64,000 bases of DNA from a virus. Position 1 is the first letter of the stretch. Every line of letters starts with the position of its first letter. The DNA lies in the IMG/VR virus record IMGVR_UViG_3300042453_005575, positions 1 through 64,000 of that record; one strand, 5' to 3'. The position numbers and the translations under genes are program-made. The notes below the pieces were generated by a model. The model was not told the origin of the DNA. It saw only the letters and a list, made by a program, of their open reading frames with translations, and did not search any database. Positions 1 through 10,921 of the stretch are shown here, piece after piece.

Positions 1-2
1 AA

Positions 3-3000
3 TCATCCTACGCCACACAACCAGGCGGAACTTCGTTCAGCATAGATAATACAAAAACTTTTACAGGGCTAGACCCTGTTTTTAGACCTAACATTATTTC
101 TGGCGGTCCGGCTATAAGATTCGAACTACTCAACGCAACACCTTTACCCGGAGGCTTAACATTTAACACCACCTCCGGAATAATTATCGGGAAATTGACG
201 GTCAATGCTTCTGGAACTTATTCAAACAGTATACGCGGAGTAAATATAAAAGGTCCTACCGAGTATATCGAATTTACTATAAATTATTCTAAATTTACTG
301 CGCCGGTATTCGCCTCTCCGCAAGCGGGAGCGATTATTAACTTGGCTTATGGGCAAACGTATTCTGAGACTGCCCCGCTGTTCACCGCAGCAGCTTCGAC
401 CATAGATGGTGGATCTGATAATTTTGCTCCAGGATTAACGGACACCACCCGCAACAAATACACCATTTCTTATAATAACTCTACCACTAGCGGATTCAGC
501 ATGGGGCTCTACACAGGTAAGTTTGTAGGAGCTGCGGCGAACAGCTGGTCGCCTACGAGCGGTGACTTCCCAGCTAACATAACCGCTACTAATCCTGCAG
601 GCTCCAGCACTAGGGCTATAACGTTGAGGGTAAGCAGACCTCTTCCTCCTGTGGTGCAAACACCTAAACCCAACGATTTATTTACAGTTGTACGAGGAAC
701 TACATACACGGAAAATAATTCAATACTAACTCCGTTTGCGACCAATAACCCAACAGCATGGTCTGCAAGTGGTCTGCCTTCGGGGTCAGGGTTAACCATC
801 TCAGGATCAAGCGGCAAATTAATCGGGGTTGTTAATAATACTCTAGGCGCAAATGTGTATGCTGTTGATATTAGAGCTGAAAACTCGGCTGGAGCATCGC
901 CGGCTGTGCCTATCAAGATTATTGTTCCTATAGCCATAATATCTCCAGGATTAAATCAAACTATAGATGTAGGTGTGGAAGGCAGCATAATCTCAAATGT
1001 AGATATTGTGGTGTCGGGAGTTCCTGCCGGAGCCACTATTTCTTATACGGCAGTTACGCTAAATATTGCAGGCCTACAACTACAAACTTTCACCCCTGCC
1101 CCCGGATTGCCGCTTTCCGCGAAAATCATAGGCACCCCAACATCCGCAGGGCTCTATACAGTTGTAATCAGAGTTAGTGCGCAAACTTCCGACTCACAAA
1201 ATTTAGGCTCCGTAGACGCCAGGTTCTTTATCCGAGTTCAGTCGGTGAAAAGCTCCATCGCAGGAAAAATCACTAAAGATGACGGAACTACACCTATAGC
1301 GGATGCCGTTGTGTCCTTAAGTGCTTTATCCAGGACAGCCACCACAAATGCTTCGGGTGATTATATGTTGACAGATATTGTGGACGGTCAGTACATAGCT
1401 TCAGTTAGTAAAGCCGGGTTTGTATTCACCCCAGCAACCCAATTAATTACAGTAAATTCTCAGAATATCTCTGGGGTCAATTTTACAGGAGTCGAAGTTA
1501 TTTCTATTTCAGGAAGAATAAGGACCTCAAACAATATAGGTATCAGTGGTGTTACGGTCAGTACAGGGACAACCTCCGTTTCTACTAACGCTTCAGGTGA
1601 GTATGCATTAATCGGGGTTAGCCCAAATCAAACAATCACATTAATCCCTAGCAGGTCGAATTATAGTTTCATGCCGAGCAGGCTAACTTTGCAGATAGCA
1701 ACCACCAGTTTGCAAAATCAAGATTTTGTAGGAGCTATTGCTTATGCGGTTAGTGGAACTATAACCTATGGAGGTCAACCAGCAAATTCATTAACACCTG
1801 TTTTAGGAACAACAATCGCAGCCAGGAATGCATCAACAAAAGAAACCTTGTATTTCACAACAGCTGCGGCTAATGGAACTTTTTCTTTATTGCTTCCTAC
1901 AGGTAGTTATGAGCTGGTACCAATTTCTTATCTTCTAAGGTTCAATCCTGTCACCATAGACGTAACCGTAGGTACTACCGCCGTACCTAATAATAACTTT
2001 AATTCTGTTGATGCTGTATCACACATGATCAGAGTGCTTGATGCTCCTGAAAATTCTCAGTTAGAACTTCCTATATCAGGAGCATCGGTAAGAGTTCTTG
2101 AAGGGCCTATGAAAGATTATTGGGGGCTGACCGACGCGCGTGGAGATGTAATATTGCACGGGCTTGGAACAGGCGATAACAACCAGCAGATAACTCAGCA
2201 TAGACTACAGATAATCAAGCAGCCATACATATTTCCCTCTGGCGATAACGCATTGGAAATTACTTTGAGATCGCTGGGTTACGACCAAAGACAAGTTACT
2301 TCGTGGAGTTATGGAACTACTTATCAAGTAGGCAATCTTGTATCGTATCAAGGTTTTGTGTACCGCGCGCAAGGGAGCTCTGGCTTCGTTTCGCTTAGCC
2401 CTCCTAATCTTGAGCCAAGCAGATGGCTTTCTTTAGGTGCTAGTTTTCCTTTAGGTGTTACGGCTATGACAATAGTCACTCCTAATTTTTTCACTGTTTC
2501 CGGGAAAGTAACTTTCTCATCACAATTTGTTCTAGCTAACCCAAATTATCCTTATGCTAACGAAAGAATCAAGTTGTATCGAGCAGATATCCCTACTCGG
2601 GATGCTTTTGTCGCTGTGTCTGGAGCCCCGATAGTTAGTGCGGGGGCTAGAACATATAACTATATATTTACTGACGTGCCCGGGGGCGAAATTAATTACA
2701 AATTAGGACTAGCCAGCCCGCAAGGTAAAACCACAGCCCCCATCGGCGAATATTCTTTAAACTTCTTCAATGCCGACGTAACGAATAAAGATTTTACAAT
2801 AAGCCAGCTCACTGCAACACCTCCTGGAACCCCGAGCATAAGCTCTATTAACCCTGAAAAGCAAGCGCTTCTGATCAATGTAGCCACACCTCCGGATAAT
2901 GGGGCGCCGATAACATCTTTTCAAGTTTCTTTAGATAATGGTGCAACGTTCGTAACTTTCACGAGCGGGATAAATATTCCAACTTCCAGGTTCAGAATTT

Positions 3001-6000
3001 CAAATTTAACAAACGGAACAACTTATCAAGTCGTTGTTAGAGCTATAAATGTTGCCGGAAGCAGCGCTTGGTCAGCCATGGTTCCTGCTATTCCAGCCAC
3101 ACCCATCTATAATACTATGTACGTTTTTGGGTTAACTGGAGATTTGGGTAACCCGAGCATGTCTCCTCCTATGGCAAAACTTCAAGGGTCATCATATATT
3201 TGGAAAGCGGACGAGTTAGTTCGTAGTCCTGCGGATACCAGATATAGATATGCTGTAGGCCCTACTACCTCAGAACCTATGTGGGGACCTGGAACCGGTG
3301 GGGTCTCCCCTGTGTCCACAACCTCATCCTCATGGTTTGAGTTCCTGGACACCGCGCAAAGCGGGGTATATGAATTCACATTCGATAATGATTTGCTTAC
3401 ACAAAGCGCAATTTTTAAATATGGAAGACCTACTTCTCCAACCATAAACTCAATAATCACAGCGAATGGAACAGCTGTTGTTAATTTTTCTCAAAGCACA
3501 GCAGACGTGGTGGCAAGTTATGAATATAGTTTGGATGAGGGAGCGACTTGGGCCACCGTAACTCCCGGAACATCCAGTCCTGCAGTTATCCCGGGGGTTT
3601 TGTTTGGTGTAGATTATAGATTTGGGTTGCGAGCCGTAAACATAGTAGGAAGAAGCCCATCCTCACCATATCGAACAATTCGAGGAAACATCGTTCCTCA
3701 GCCTCCCGAGAATATCTCCGTGATCGCTAGAGACGGAATGGTTGAAGTTAACTTTACTCCAGGCCCGTCGGTAGCCGGAGAGACGGTGGTTAACATGAAA
3801 TATTCGATAAATGGAGGAAGCACTTTTGCAGCCAGATCACCTATCGATAACCGAAGCCCATTATTTATAACTGATGTAACCAACGGGCAAACTTATAATA
3901 TTCAGCTCAAATCTTCGAACGATGCAGGAGATAGTGGAGCCGCACCGGTTCCTTCCATATCTGCCACGCCCATAGCCGACCCGTCGCGCACACAAATGAA
4001 AATCCTGTTAAACCCAGGCTCTGCGAGCTGGGCCACAGGGGCGCAAATGACTAAAACTGGCGATTATACATGGCGCGGGTCAGCTACTGTGACTAGCGCA
4101 ACGAACGTTAATTTCAGATTTGCATTTGACAGTAATTCTTCTGTGCTTGGTTGGGGGCTTGGAGGCGAAGCAGGAAAAGTAAGGCGTTCCAATCAAGCGA
4201 TCAATCTTACAGATGCTACGATAGGCATATATGAATTTACTTTAAACACACAGACACAAACATACACGGTTACTAAAATTGTAAGTTTACCGCAGCCACC
4301 AACATTAACTTCCTATATCACAAGCCCGTCGACTATATCTTTTGCGTTTGTTGCTCCTGAAGATAACGGAGGATCTCCTATAATTGGTTATCAGTATAGC
4401 ATTTCGCCGACCACCACCCCTGCAAGTTGGATTGATTTGGTTGAAGTGGTTGTTGTAACCGCTCCAAACACACCCGTACACGGTCGCTATGCGCGTAACG
4501 GAGTGCTTAACGGCAAACCACGCTACACAAAATCCGACGGATGCACAATTGCCTGGTTTACTAACGGAATAAGCAAGTATTGGTATATATCCCGTAGTGA
4601 AGCCAACAACAGCCAAGACGGGGTCTATTATTCAAATCAATCAGACGCGGTAACTCCAAACCTTGTTCCGGCAAGCGATTGGAATGTCTCTCCAAATGCC
4701 TCGATAAACTTAGGCATCAGCGATATACCCCTGCCTCCGCAGGTGCTCCTCCTAAGTGGAGGAGCATTCGATGATATTGGCTATTACACAATATCTGGGC
4801 TCGCGCCGGGGGTGGCTGTATCACTATTCTTACGCTCGATAAACATCTTAGGAGCAGGCAACGCCACCAATCCCGCAACTACGATAAGGCCTGCTAATCT
4901 TCCGGCCTCACCGACTATCACAGGCGTTACATCGCCTAAGGATGGAGAATTGCATATAGCCTATACTCCACTGACGGCCAGCACCGATACACCTATTACT
5001 GGGTACGAATATCGCGTTCGTCAAGGAAGTGTTTATGTGGATTCGAATTGGTCGCAATTCAGAGGCGGGCTTTCTGAAAGACCTGGGGTTATTCGCGAGT
5101 TAAAAAGAAACACTGAATATACAGTGGAACTTCGAGCGTTCAACAGAAGTGGTGGTGGTGCTGTGAGTGAGTGGACAGCTACTACGATGGATAGGGCATT
5201 CACCAACATATATTTGATAGGAGATCATAATGATTGGTCGTTTGTTACGCGCCCTGCCATGGTAAAACAAGGAACAACAAATGAATGGGTGTACACTATG
5301 CCTGTGGATGACCCAACAAATAAATCTGTTAAATTTGTTATAGGCTCGAGTTGGACCGACCCTCATTGGGGGGATAACGAAGGCTATTCTGTTTTATTAT
5401 CGGATAACATAGCTGACAGAGACGCAGACAACATCAGTATCGACGGTTTCGGGCCTGGGTTATATAGATTTTATTTTTGGGACAATACGTATAAATATGA
5501 CTTTAAGAAAATTTGTAATCTCCCAGACCAGCCTATAATAACATCTGTCACTATATCCGGTAGCACCGCGACAGTTAATTTCCGCCCGTCATCTTACACT
5601 CCGAACAATCTTTTAAACCCATCCTCAGCTATTACGAATTATTCGTATCAGTTGTCTTATCAAAGCACGACTACTCCATGGACTCTTTTTAACCCGGCAA
5701 TAACAACCTCTCCTGCACAAATAACAGGGCTATTAAGCGGTATTCAATACACGATTAAAATGCGCGCAAATATACCTGAGGGAGGCGGGCTTCCTTCTGA
5801 TCCGTTTACCTTTAATACTTTGCTGGACGCCTCGTCTACGATGTATATCGTAGGCACAGATGATTTTGGAGGTTTTACAACGTTTAGTGAGTCTCAAAAA
5901 ATGGGGTTGAACCAAGCTGGGCAATTTTGGGAAAAAACACTAAACATTAATTCAACACCAACTTCCGGCTACCTGGAGTTTAAGTTTGCCACAGGCCCGT

Positions 6001-9000
6001 TCGGGCAGCCAGGCCAATTCGATTGGGGTGACTCGAATCAGGATGGAGTAGCCGGGCTCGGAGAAGACAACATCAGGCTCTATACTTCGAGCGGGCTCGG
6101 AGCGTATAAAATAACATTCACACCCTCGAATTCTACATACAGTGTCTTGTTCGTCACACCAGTTTCAAACCCTCCTACATTAGGTACATTCACAAGCACA
6201 GCAAATTCAATTACTCTTAGTTTTACTCCACCGACATTTACTGGAGGATTACCAATCACTGAATACCGATATTCTCTAAATAACGGGGCATTTACATCCA
6301 CCTCACCAGTCACGCAGTCGTCACCAATAACTATCACTGGTTTAACTGAAAGCACAGCGTATTCAATAAGATTAGTAGCTGTAACCAGCGCCGGAAGCAG
6401 TGCTCCCTCCACAGCTATAAATGCTTCTACCACAGGACCAGCATATTCTTCGATGTTTATAATCGGAAGTGCTTCAGAATTAGGTGCATGGAATACTGCA
6501 AACGGACCTGCTATGACTTCAATATCAGGATCCGGGGGTTATGGATGGTCAGCAGATATAAACTTTACTTCTATCGGATCCGTAGAATTTAAATTTTTCG
6601 TTCAACGGGATTTTAACTCGATAGGATGGGGAGACGGGACTGACCAGGACGGGATTGCTGAACAGGGAGGCAACAATATAGTCCGAAATATTGCTTCCGC
6701 AGGGTTGTACAGAATTTCTTTCAGTACATTAACCAGAGCCTATTCTATTCAACTTGTATCTTCTGTTCCGAGTGCTCCGACGATCTCAGCAGTATCCATA
6801 CCTTCTAATAGCACAACTTCAGCCACACTCACACTCGCAACATCACAGTCCGGGGCAGGTATTACAAATTACGCTTATTCTCTAAATAGCGGAACATTTA
6901 CAGATATATCGCCAGCCACAGGAAGCGTAGGCTCGATTACAGTTACAGGGCTTCTCTCCGGAACAACTTATACTGCAAGGTTAGTGGCCAAAAACGCTGC
7001 GGGATCATCTCCGGCGTCCAATTCGGTAGAATTCAAAACACCGGTTTCTACAATGTATGTTCCAGGCTTAATGGGTTCTTGGCCAGGGTCCACAGATCCT
7101 TTTTCTGAACAAAACAGTTTTCAAATGTCTCGCCCAACCTGGGTAGATGACGGGCATACATGGACATTACTAGCGCCTATTAACACATTACCTGCAAATA
7201 ACAATATTTCATTTAAATTTGCCACCGGCCCGAATTGGTCGACCGGATTGAATTGGGGAGCAGGAAATTTAGCAGGAACAGCTGCTCAAAACGGGCCGGA
7301 TATCACACATAATTTTTCATCTGGTCCTGGAGTATACACAGTAACATTTAATACGAGACAACTTACATACAGTATCACTTATTCAGGAGCCATACAATCA
7401 GCACCGAGCATAACCAGCATAACACCTTCTGATACAAGTTTAACTGTGAATTTTACCTTAGGCTCTTCGAATGGAACGACTGTGACCGGGTTAGAGTACT
7501 CTTTAAATGGTGGAGGATGGCAAGCTAGAAATCCTCAAGGAACCAGCTCGCCTCTCGTTATAACCGGGCTTTCACTCGGAGTCACATATTCTGTTAGTAT
7601 AAGAAGTATAAGTAACAACGGAAGAAGCGCAGCTTCGTCAACCGTTTCGCAAACCACATCAGCTACTTTAACACCACCTTTTATAACTTCTGTTTCTCCG
7701 GCTTCAACAACTAGCCTTAGTGTGGCGTATACCGCTAGCACTGCTTCTGCAGGTTATTCCGTTACAGGCTATCAATATTCATTAGACAATGGATCATGGT
7801 TAATACCTTCCGGAAGCAGTTCATCAGCTAATCCTATGGTTATAACCGGGTTAACCGCAGGAACATTTTATTCTGTTCGAATAAGAGCTACAGGAACACC
7901 CCCAAGCACTTCACAACCATCAGCTTCAAATACCGCGGTAACAGCTTACGCCACAATGTATATCCCTGGATTGATAGGTAATTTCAATACTCCTTTTAAC
8001 ACTACTGGGCAAGTAACCATGGCTAGCGGGTTAGGTGGAGACTTGCATAACTTGCATAATTGGTGGGCAACACATGAAATAACTTCCACAGGCAATGTAT
8101 CATATAAATTTGCTGAAGGACCGAGTTGGAATGATGATAATTGGGGTGTAGCCGATAGCGCCAATCCTTCAGGTAGCCTTGTTTCCGGAGGTGTAAATAT
8201 AACAAGATCCGTTACAACCTTAGGAATATATGAGATCACATGTAACATACGAACACTGACGCATACTTTTGTCTTGTTAAGCTCTGCCCCGGCTATCACA
8301 AGCATAACTTCCGCAGGAGGACAACTTTCCGTGAATTTTACCGCACCATCCAACAATCCATCCACTATAACGAGCTATGAATATTCCACAGACAACGGAG
8401 CCACATGGAGAGCGCGATCCTCAGGCGCCACCGAGAGCCCCTTGGTGATATCCACGATATCAGGAACTGCAAATACAACTTTAGTTCCAGGAACTGCTTA
8501 TCAAGTCAGAATACGCGCAAGATACGACGGAGCTACTCAAAGTTATCCTGGAGGTGCTAAAGTTCTGAATAGCCCGGCTTCAACAGCAGTGAGTGCTACA
8601 CCCACAGCATCTACGGACGCTCCATCAGCGTTTAGAGTGTTGACTTCTACAGACACATTGACTGCGGATTTTATATCACCAAACACTAATCAAAATACAA
8701 TAACCAATTATCAATATAGTTTGGATGGAGGGCAAACATGGACAGCGATGAATCCTTCAGTTACGAGCAAAAAATTCGACCATGTAGTTTTAACAATACC
8801 TTACACAACATCTCAAGCGAATGTAGGTGTGAGAGCTGTGACTAGCGCCGGAACCGGAGCCGCATCAAGCTTCGTTTCAGTTTCACGCCCAACAGGGTCG
8901 AGTGTAACTACTACATTAGCTAGATGGGGAAGCCAAACTTTGAGAGCAACTATTCGTGTTAGTTCAAGCAATACGCAAAAAAATCATATCCGTGGGTATG

Positions 9001-10880
9001 AGTATTCGACCGATGAAGGGCTAACTTGGATCAGTCTTAGTTCCGAAAGCCTTTCCGGAAGAATAAACATCACCGGGCTAACCAATGTAGCGAGTAATAT
9101 GGCAGGAACTTTAGGTCTTATAATTAGAGAAGTTTATGCTACTGGGTTAAAAGGCCCGGTTCCTCCTATACCAACAAACAAATTAAACCCCGCAGCCGCT
9201 CCAACAGCTTCACACTTTACGCTCAATGGCGTTGGGTCAGCGGATTGTGCTAATAGATGGAATTATAGCGGCTATACAAGCAATCCGGCCCCGGGAATTT
9301 ATGTTGCCGAAACCTTAGTTCCGACCACTCCCTGCGCGGGGGACTTTAGGCTGACAGGTGGATCATCCACATATTCAACAACAATAGGGTTTCCGTCTCC
9401 ACCATGGACATCGAGCTCAGCAGTTTTGTGTAAAGTATGGACTAACCTTTATGGTGCCACGGCGCCGACAGGCACTTATTATCACCCATCGCTCGGGGGC
9501 TCAACAAATATCTGGGTACGAATCAAACTTAGTAGTGCATCAAGTTACCCTGCGTTATCATCCGCAACACCTAGCCTTACTATGGACACGGATGAGATAT
9601 CCGGTTCAAAAACCCTCGGTGATCCAAATATCAGCTCAAATAATTCCGCGCAAGTTGTACATTATTCTGTATTCTTAGACCTCGCTACTATACGCTCAGG
9701 TTCAACAACACCAACATTCCATAGAACCTTTGGGTACGACAAAGGGATTTCTTATTCTACTAATGAATTTGCTTTACCTATACCGCCACAAACAACAAAC
9801 CCACAGATAACTATCTCACTAAACCAGGCCGCAGAACAAATGACTGTGACTTACCCGGATGGTGTAATAACCACACCTCCAACAATACTAGCTGTGGTTC
9901 CATCATACACCCAACTTAATGCTTTAACAATTTTCTTCACACCTCCTAGCGATATATATAGCAATCTAAACAGTATAACAAGATACGAATTTCGCTATAC
10001 ACATGCCGGAACAACTTATGGCTGGGAAACATTAAACGACGCAACTTCACCAATAACAACTCGAGCGATGGCTCAAGTACCAGGCGAGCAATTTAATATA
10101 CAAATTAGAGCCATTACTACGTGGGGTAAAGGAAAAGAGTCTAATTTTATGCTCGGAACAACAGGAGGAACAACAACCGCTCCTTCAGCCCGATATGTAT
10201 CAGGAAATTTAGACATCTCCTATACTTGGGACAATGATACGAGTACTTATACTGTTGTTTTAGGAATAAAACGTCCGGAAAAAACACTAAATAACCAAGC
10301 TATTGTCGGCTATCAATTCGGCGGTACTCTGAACGGGATCCCCATAACTTTTAGAACTGCGACTGTAATAAACGGGACAGCAGATTCAGAAACACCATCG
10401 CTGCGTTTCTCTTTATCAGCAGGAAGTTATGTTATAAAGATACAAGCAAACACCTCTTCGACTCTCCATGGATCCGGCTTGGGTGAACAGTCTGCGGATA
10501 TAACTTTCACAACTCCAGCAGCGCCCGCGTCTGACGCACCTGATATTTCCGGGCTTGAATACTTCCTGGAGCCCCCACCTCTTACAGGAGGCGATTATCG
10601 CTTAACTGGTGGGATATATTTTTATAATTTAAGAGGAACTATAGGTGGCTTGGAGTACAAACTAAACAACGGAGCATGGACGAATATTGACTATTATCCG
10701 ACAAATAGCATGGGGCTACCACGAACTCCTTTCTATTTATTTACTCACACATCGAACTGGTATGGACCAGGCCCCGAGCCATTACCTTACCCCGGAATGT
10801 ACCGAATAACCATTAGAATTCGATATCAAAATAGCAGCCTAGGTTATTCGCTCCCGAGCAACGAAATTCAAAATTCATAA
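3..10880 (+). CDS. Giant (>3600 aa) Ig/FN3/carbohydrate-binding repeat protein, probable virion fibre or adhesin; 5'-truncated by the window
   Basis: Frame is open from position 3 (SSYATQPGG...LPGGLTFNTTSGIIIGK). Contains He_PIG-like Ig repeats, carboxypeptidase-regulatory-like repeats, a CBM5/12-like motif (WSYGTTYQVGNLVSYQGFVYRA), many FN3 repeats (YEYSLD.G.TW...ITGL..GT.Y.VRIRA.N..G) and SusE/X25-like modules. Confidence 0.85.
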   Translation, partial: SSYATQPGGTSFSIDNTKTFTGLDPVFRPNIISGGPAIRFELLNATPLPGGLTFNTTSGIIIGKLTVNASGTYSNSIRGVNIKGPTEYIEFTINYSKFTAPVFASPQAGAIINLAYGQTYSETAPLFTAAASTIDGGSDNFAPGLTDTTRNKYTISYNNSTTSGFSMGLYTGKFVGAAANSWSPTSGDFPANITATNPAGSSTRAITLRVSRPLPPVVQTPKPNDLFTVVRGTTYTENNSILTPFATNNPTAWSASGLPSGSGLTISGSSGKLIGVVNNTLGANVYAVDIRAENSAGASPAVPIKIIVPIAIISPGLNQTIDVGVEGSIISNVDIVVSGVPAGATISYTAVTLNIAGLQLQTFTPAPGLPLSAKIIGTPTSAGLYTVVIRVSAQTSDSQNLGSVDARFFIRVQSVKSSIAGKITKDDGTTPIADAVVSLSALSRTATTNASGDYMLTDIVDGQYIASVSKAGFVFTPATQLITVNSQNISGVNFTGVEVISISGRIRTSNNIGISGVTVSTGTTSVSTNASGEYALIGVSPNQTITLIPSRSNYSFMPSRLTLQIATTSLQNQDFVGAIAYAVSGTITYGGQPANSLTPVLGTTIAARNASTKETLYFTTAAANGTFSLLLPTGSYELVPISYLLRFNPVTIDVTVGTTAVPNNNFNSVDAVSHMIRVLDAPENSQLELPISGASVRVLEGPMKDYWGLTDARGDVILHGLGTGDNNQQITQHRLQIIKQPYIFPSGDNALEITLRSLGYDQRQVTSWSYGTTYQVGNLVSYQGFVYRAQGSSGFVSLSPPNLEPSRWLSLGASFPLGVTAMTIVTPNFFTVSGKVTFSSQFVLANPNYPYANERIKLYRADIPTRDAFVAVSGAPIVSAGARTYNYIFTDVPGGEINYKLGLASPQGKTTAPIGEYSLNFFNADVTNKDFTISQLTATPPGTPSISSINPEKQALLINVATPPDNGAPITSFQVSLDNGATFVTFTSGINIPTSRFRISNLTNGTTYQVVVRAINVAGSSAWSAMVPAIPATPIYNTMYVFGLTGDLGNPSMSPPMAKLQGSSYIWKADELVRSPADTRYRYAVGPTTSEPMWGPGTGGVSPVSTTSSSWFEFLDTAQSGVYEFTFDNDLLTQSAIFKYGRPTSPTINSIITANGTAVVNFSQSTADVVASYEYSLDEGATWATVTPGTSSPAVIPGVLFGVDYRFGLRAVNIVGRSPSSPYRTIRGNIVPQPPENISVIARDGMVEVNFTPGPSVAGETVVNMKYSINGGSTFAARSPIDNRSPLFITDVTNGQTYNIQLKSSNDAGDSGAAPVPSISATPIADPSRTQMKILLNPGSASWATGAQMTKTGDYTWRGSATVTSATNVNFRFAFDSNSSVLGWGLGGEAGKVRRSNQAINLTDATIGIYEFTLNTQTQTYTVTKIVSLPQPPTLTSYITSPSTISFAFVAPEDNGGSPIIGYQYSISPTTTPASWIDLVEVVVVTAPNTPVHGRYARNGVLNGKPRYTKSDGCTIAWFTNGISKYWYISRSEANNSQDGVYYSNQSDAVTPNLVPASDWNVSPNASINLGISDIPLPPQVLLLSGGAFDDIGYYTISGLAPGVAVSLFLRSINILGAGNATNPATTIRPANLPASPTITGVTSPKDGELHIAYTPLTASTDTPITGYEYRVRQGSVYVDSNWSQFRGGLSERPGVIRELKRNTEYTVELRAFNRSGGGAVSEWTATTMDRAFTNIYLIGDHNDWSFVTRPAMVKQGTTNEWVYTMPVDDPTNKSVKFVIGSSWTDPHWGDNEGYSVLLSDNIADRDADNISIDGFGPGLYRFYFWDNTYKYDFKKICNLPDQPIITSVTISGSTATVNFRPSSYTPNNLLNPSSAITNYSYQLSYQSTTTPWTLFNPAITTSPAQITGLLSGIQYTIKMRANIPEGGGLPSDPFTFNTLLDASSTMYIVGTDDFGGFTTFSESQKMGLNQAGQFWEKTLNINSTPTSGYLEFKFATGPFGQPGQFDWGDSNQDGVAGLGEDNIRLYTSSGLGAYKITFTPSNSTYSVLFVTPVSNPPTLGTFTSTANSITLSFTPPTFTGGLPITEYRYSLNNGAFTSTSPVTQSSPITITGLTESTAYSIRLVAVTSAGSSAPSTAINASTTGPAYSSMFIIGSASELGAWNTANGPAMTSISGSGGYGWSADINFTSIGSVEFKFFVQRDFNSIGWGDGTDQDGIAEQGGNNIVRNIASAGLYRISFSTLTRAYSIQLVSSVPSAPTISAVSIPSNSTTSATLTLATSQSGAGITNYAYSLNSGTFTDISPATGSVGSITVTGLLSGTTYTARLVAKNAAGSSPASNSVEFKTPVSTMYVPGLMGSWPGSTDPFSEQNSFQMSRPTWVDDGHTWTLLAPINTLPANNNISFKFATGPNWSTGLNWGAGNLAGTAAQNGPDITHNFSSGPGVYTVTFNTRQLTYSITYSGAIQSAPSITSITPSDTSLTVNFTLGSSNGTTVTGLEYSLNGGGWQARNPQGTSSPLVITGLSLGVTYSVSIRSISNNGRSAASSTVSQTTSATLTPPFITSVSPASTTSLSVAYTASTASAGYSVTGYQYSLDNGSWLIPSGSSSSANPMVITGLTAGTFYSVRIRATGTPPSTSQPSASNTAVTAYATMYIPGLIGNFNTPFNTTGQVTMASGLGGDLHNLHNWWATHEITSTGNVSYKFAEGPSWNDDNWGVADSANPSGSLVSGGVNITRSVTTLGIYEITCNIRTLTHTFVLLSSAPAITSITSAGGQLSVNFTAPSNNPSTITSYEYSTDNGATWRARSSGATESPLVISTISGTANTTLVPGTAYQVRIRARYDGATQSYPGGAKVLNSPASTAVSATPTASTDAPSAFRVLTSTDTLTADFISPNTNQNTITNYQYSLDGGQTWTAMNPSVTSKKFDHVVLTIPYTTSQANVGVRAVTSAGTGAASSFVSVSRPTGSSVTTTLARWGSQTLRATIRVSSSNTQKNHIRGYEYSTDEGLTWISLSSESLSGRINITGLTNVASNMAGTLGLIIREVYATGLKGPVPPIPTNKLNPAAAPTASHFTLNGVGSADCANRWNYSGYTSNPAPGIYVAETLVPTTPCAGDFRLTGGSSTYSTTIGFPSPPWTSSSAVLCKVWTNLYGATAPTGTYYHPSLGGSTNIWVRIKLSSASSYPALSSATPSLTMDTDEISGSKTLGDPNISSNNSAQVVHYSVFLDLATIRSGSTTPTFHRTFGYDKGISYSTNEFALPIPPQTTNPQITISLNQAAEQMTVTYPDGVITTPPTILAVVPSYTQLNALTIFFTPPSDIYSNLNSITRYEFRYTHAGTTYGWETLNDATSPITTRAMAQVPGEQFNIQIRAITTWGKGKESNFMLGTTGGTTTAPSARYVSGNLDISYTWDNDTSTYTVVLGIKRPEKTLNNQAIVGYQFGGTLNGIPITFRTATVINGTADSETPSLRFSLSAGSYVIKIQANTSSTLHGSGLGEQSADITFTTPAAPASDAPDISGLEYFLEPPPLTGGDYRLTGGIYFYNLRGTIGGLEYKLNNGAWTNIDYYPTNSMGLPRTPFYLFTHTSNWYGPGPEPLPYPGMYRITIRIRYQNSSLGYSLPSNEIQNS

Positions 10881-10921
10881 ACTTTTTGTATTATAATATT
10901 CTATTGATATAATCTAACAAT

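Noticed and set aside
8-9678. Many short antisense and off-frame ORFs within the giant gene
   Set aside because: Shadow ORFs of a long Thr/Ser/Gly-rich frame, with no motifs.
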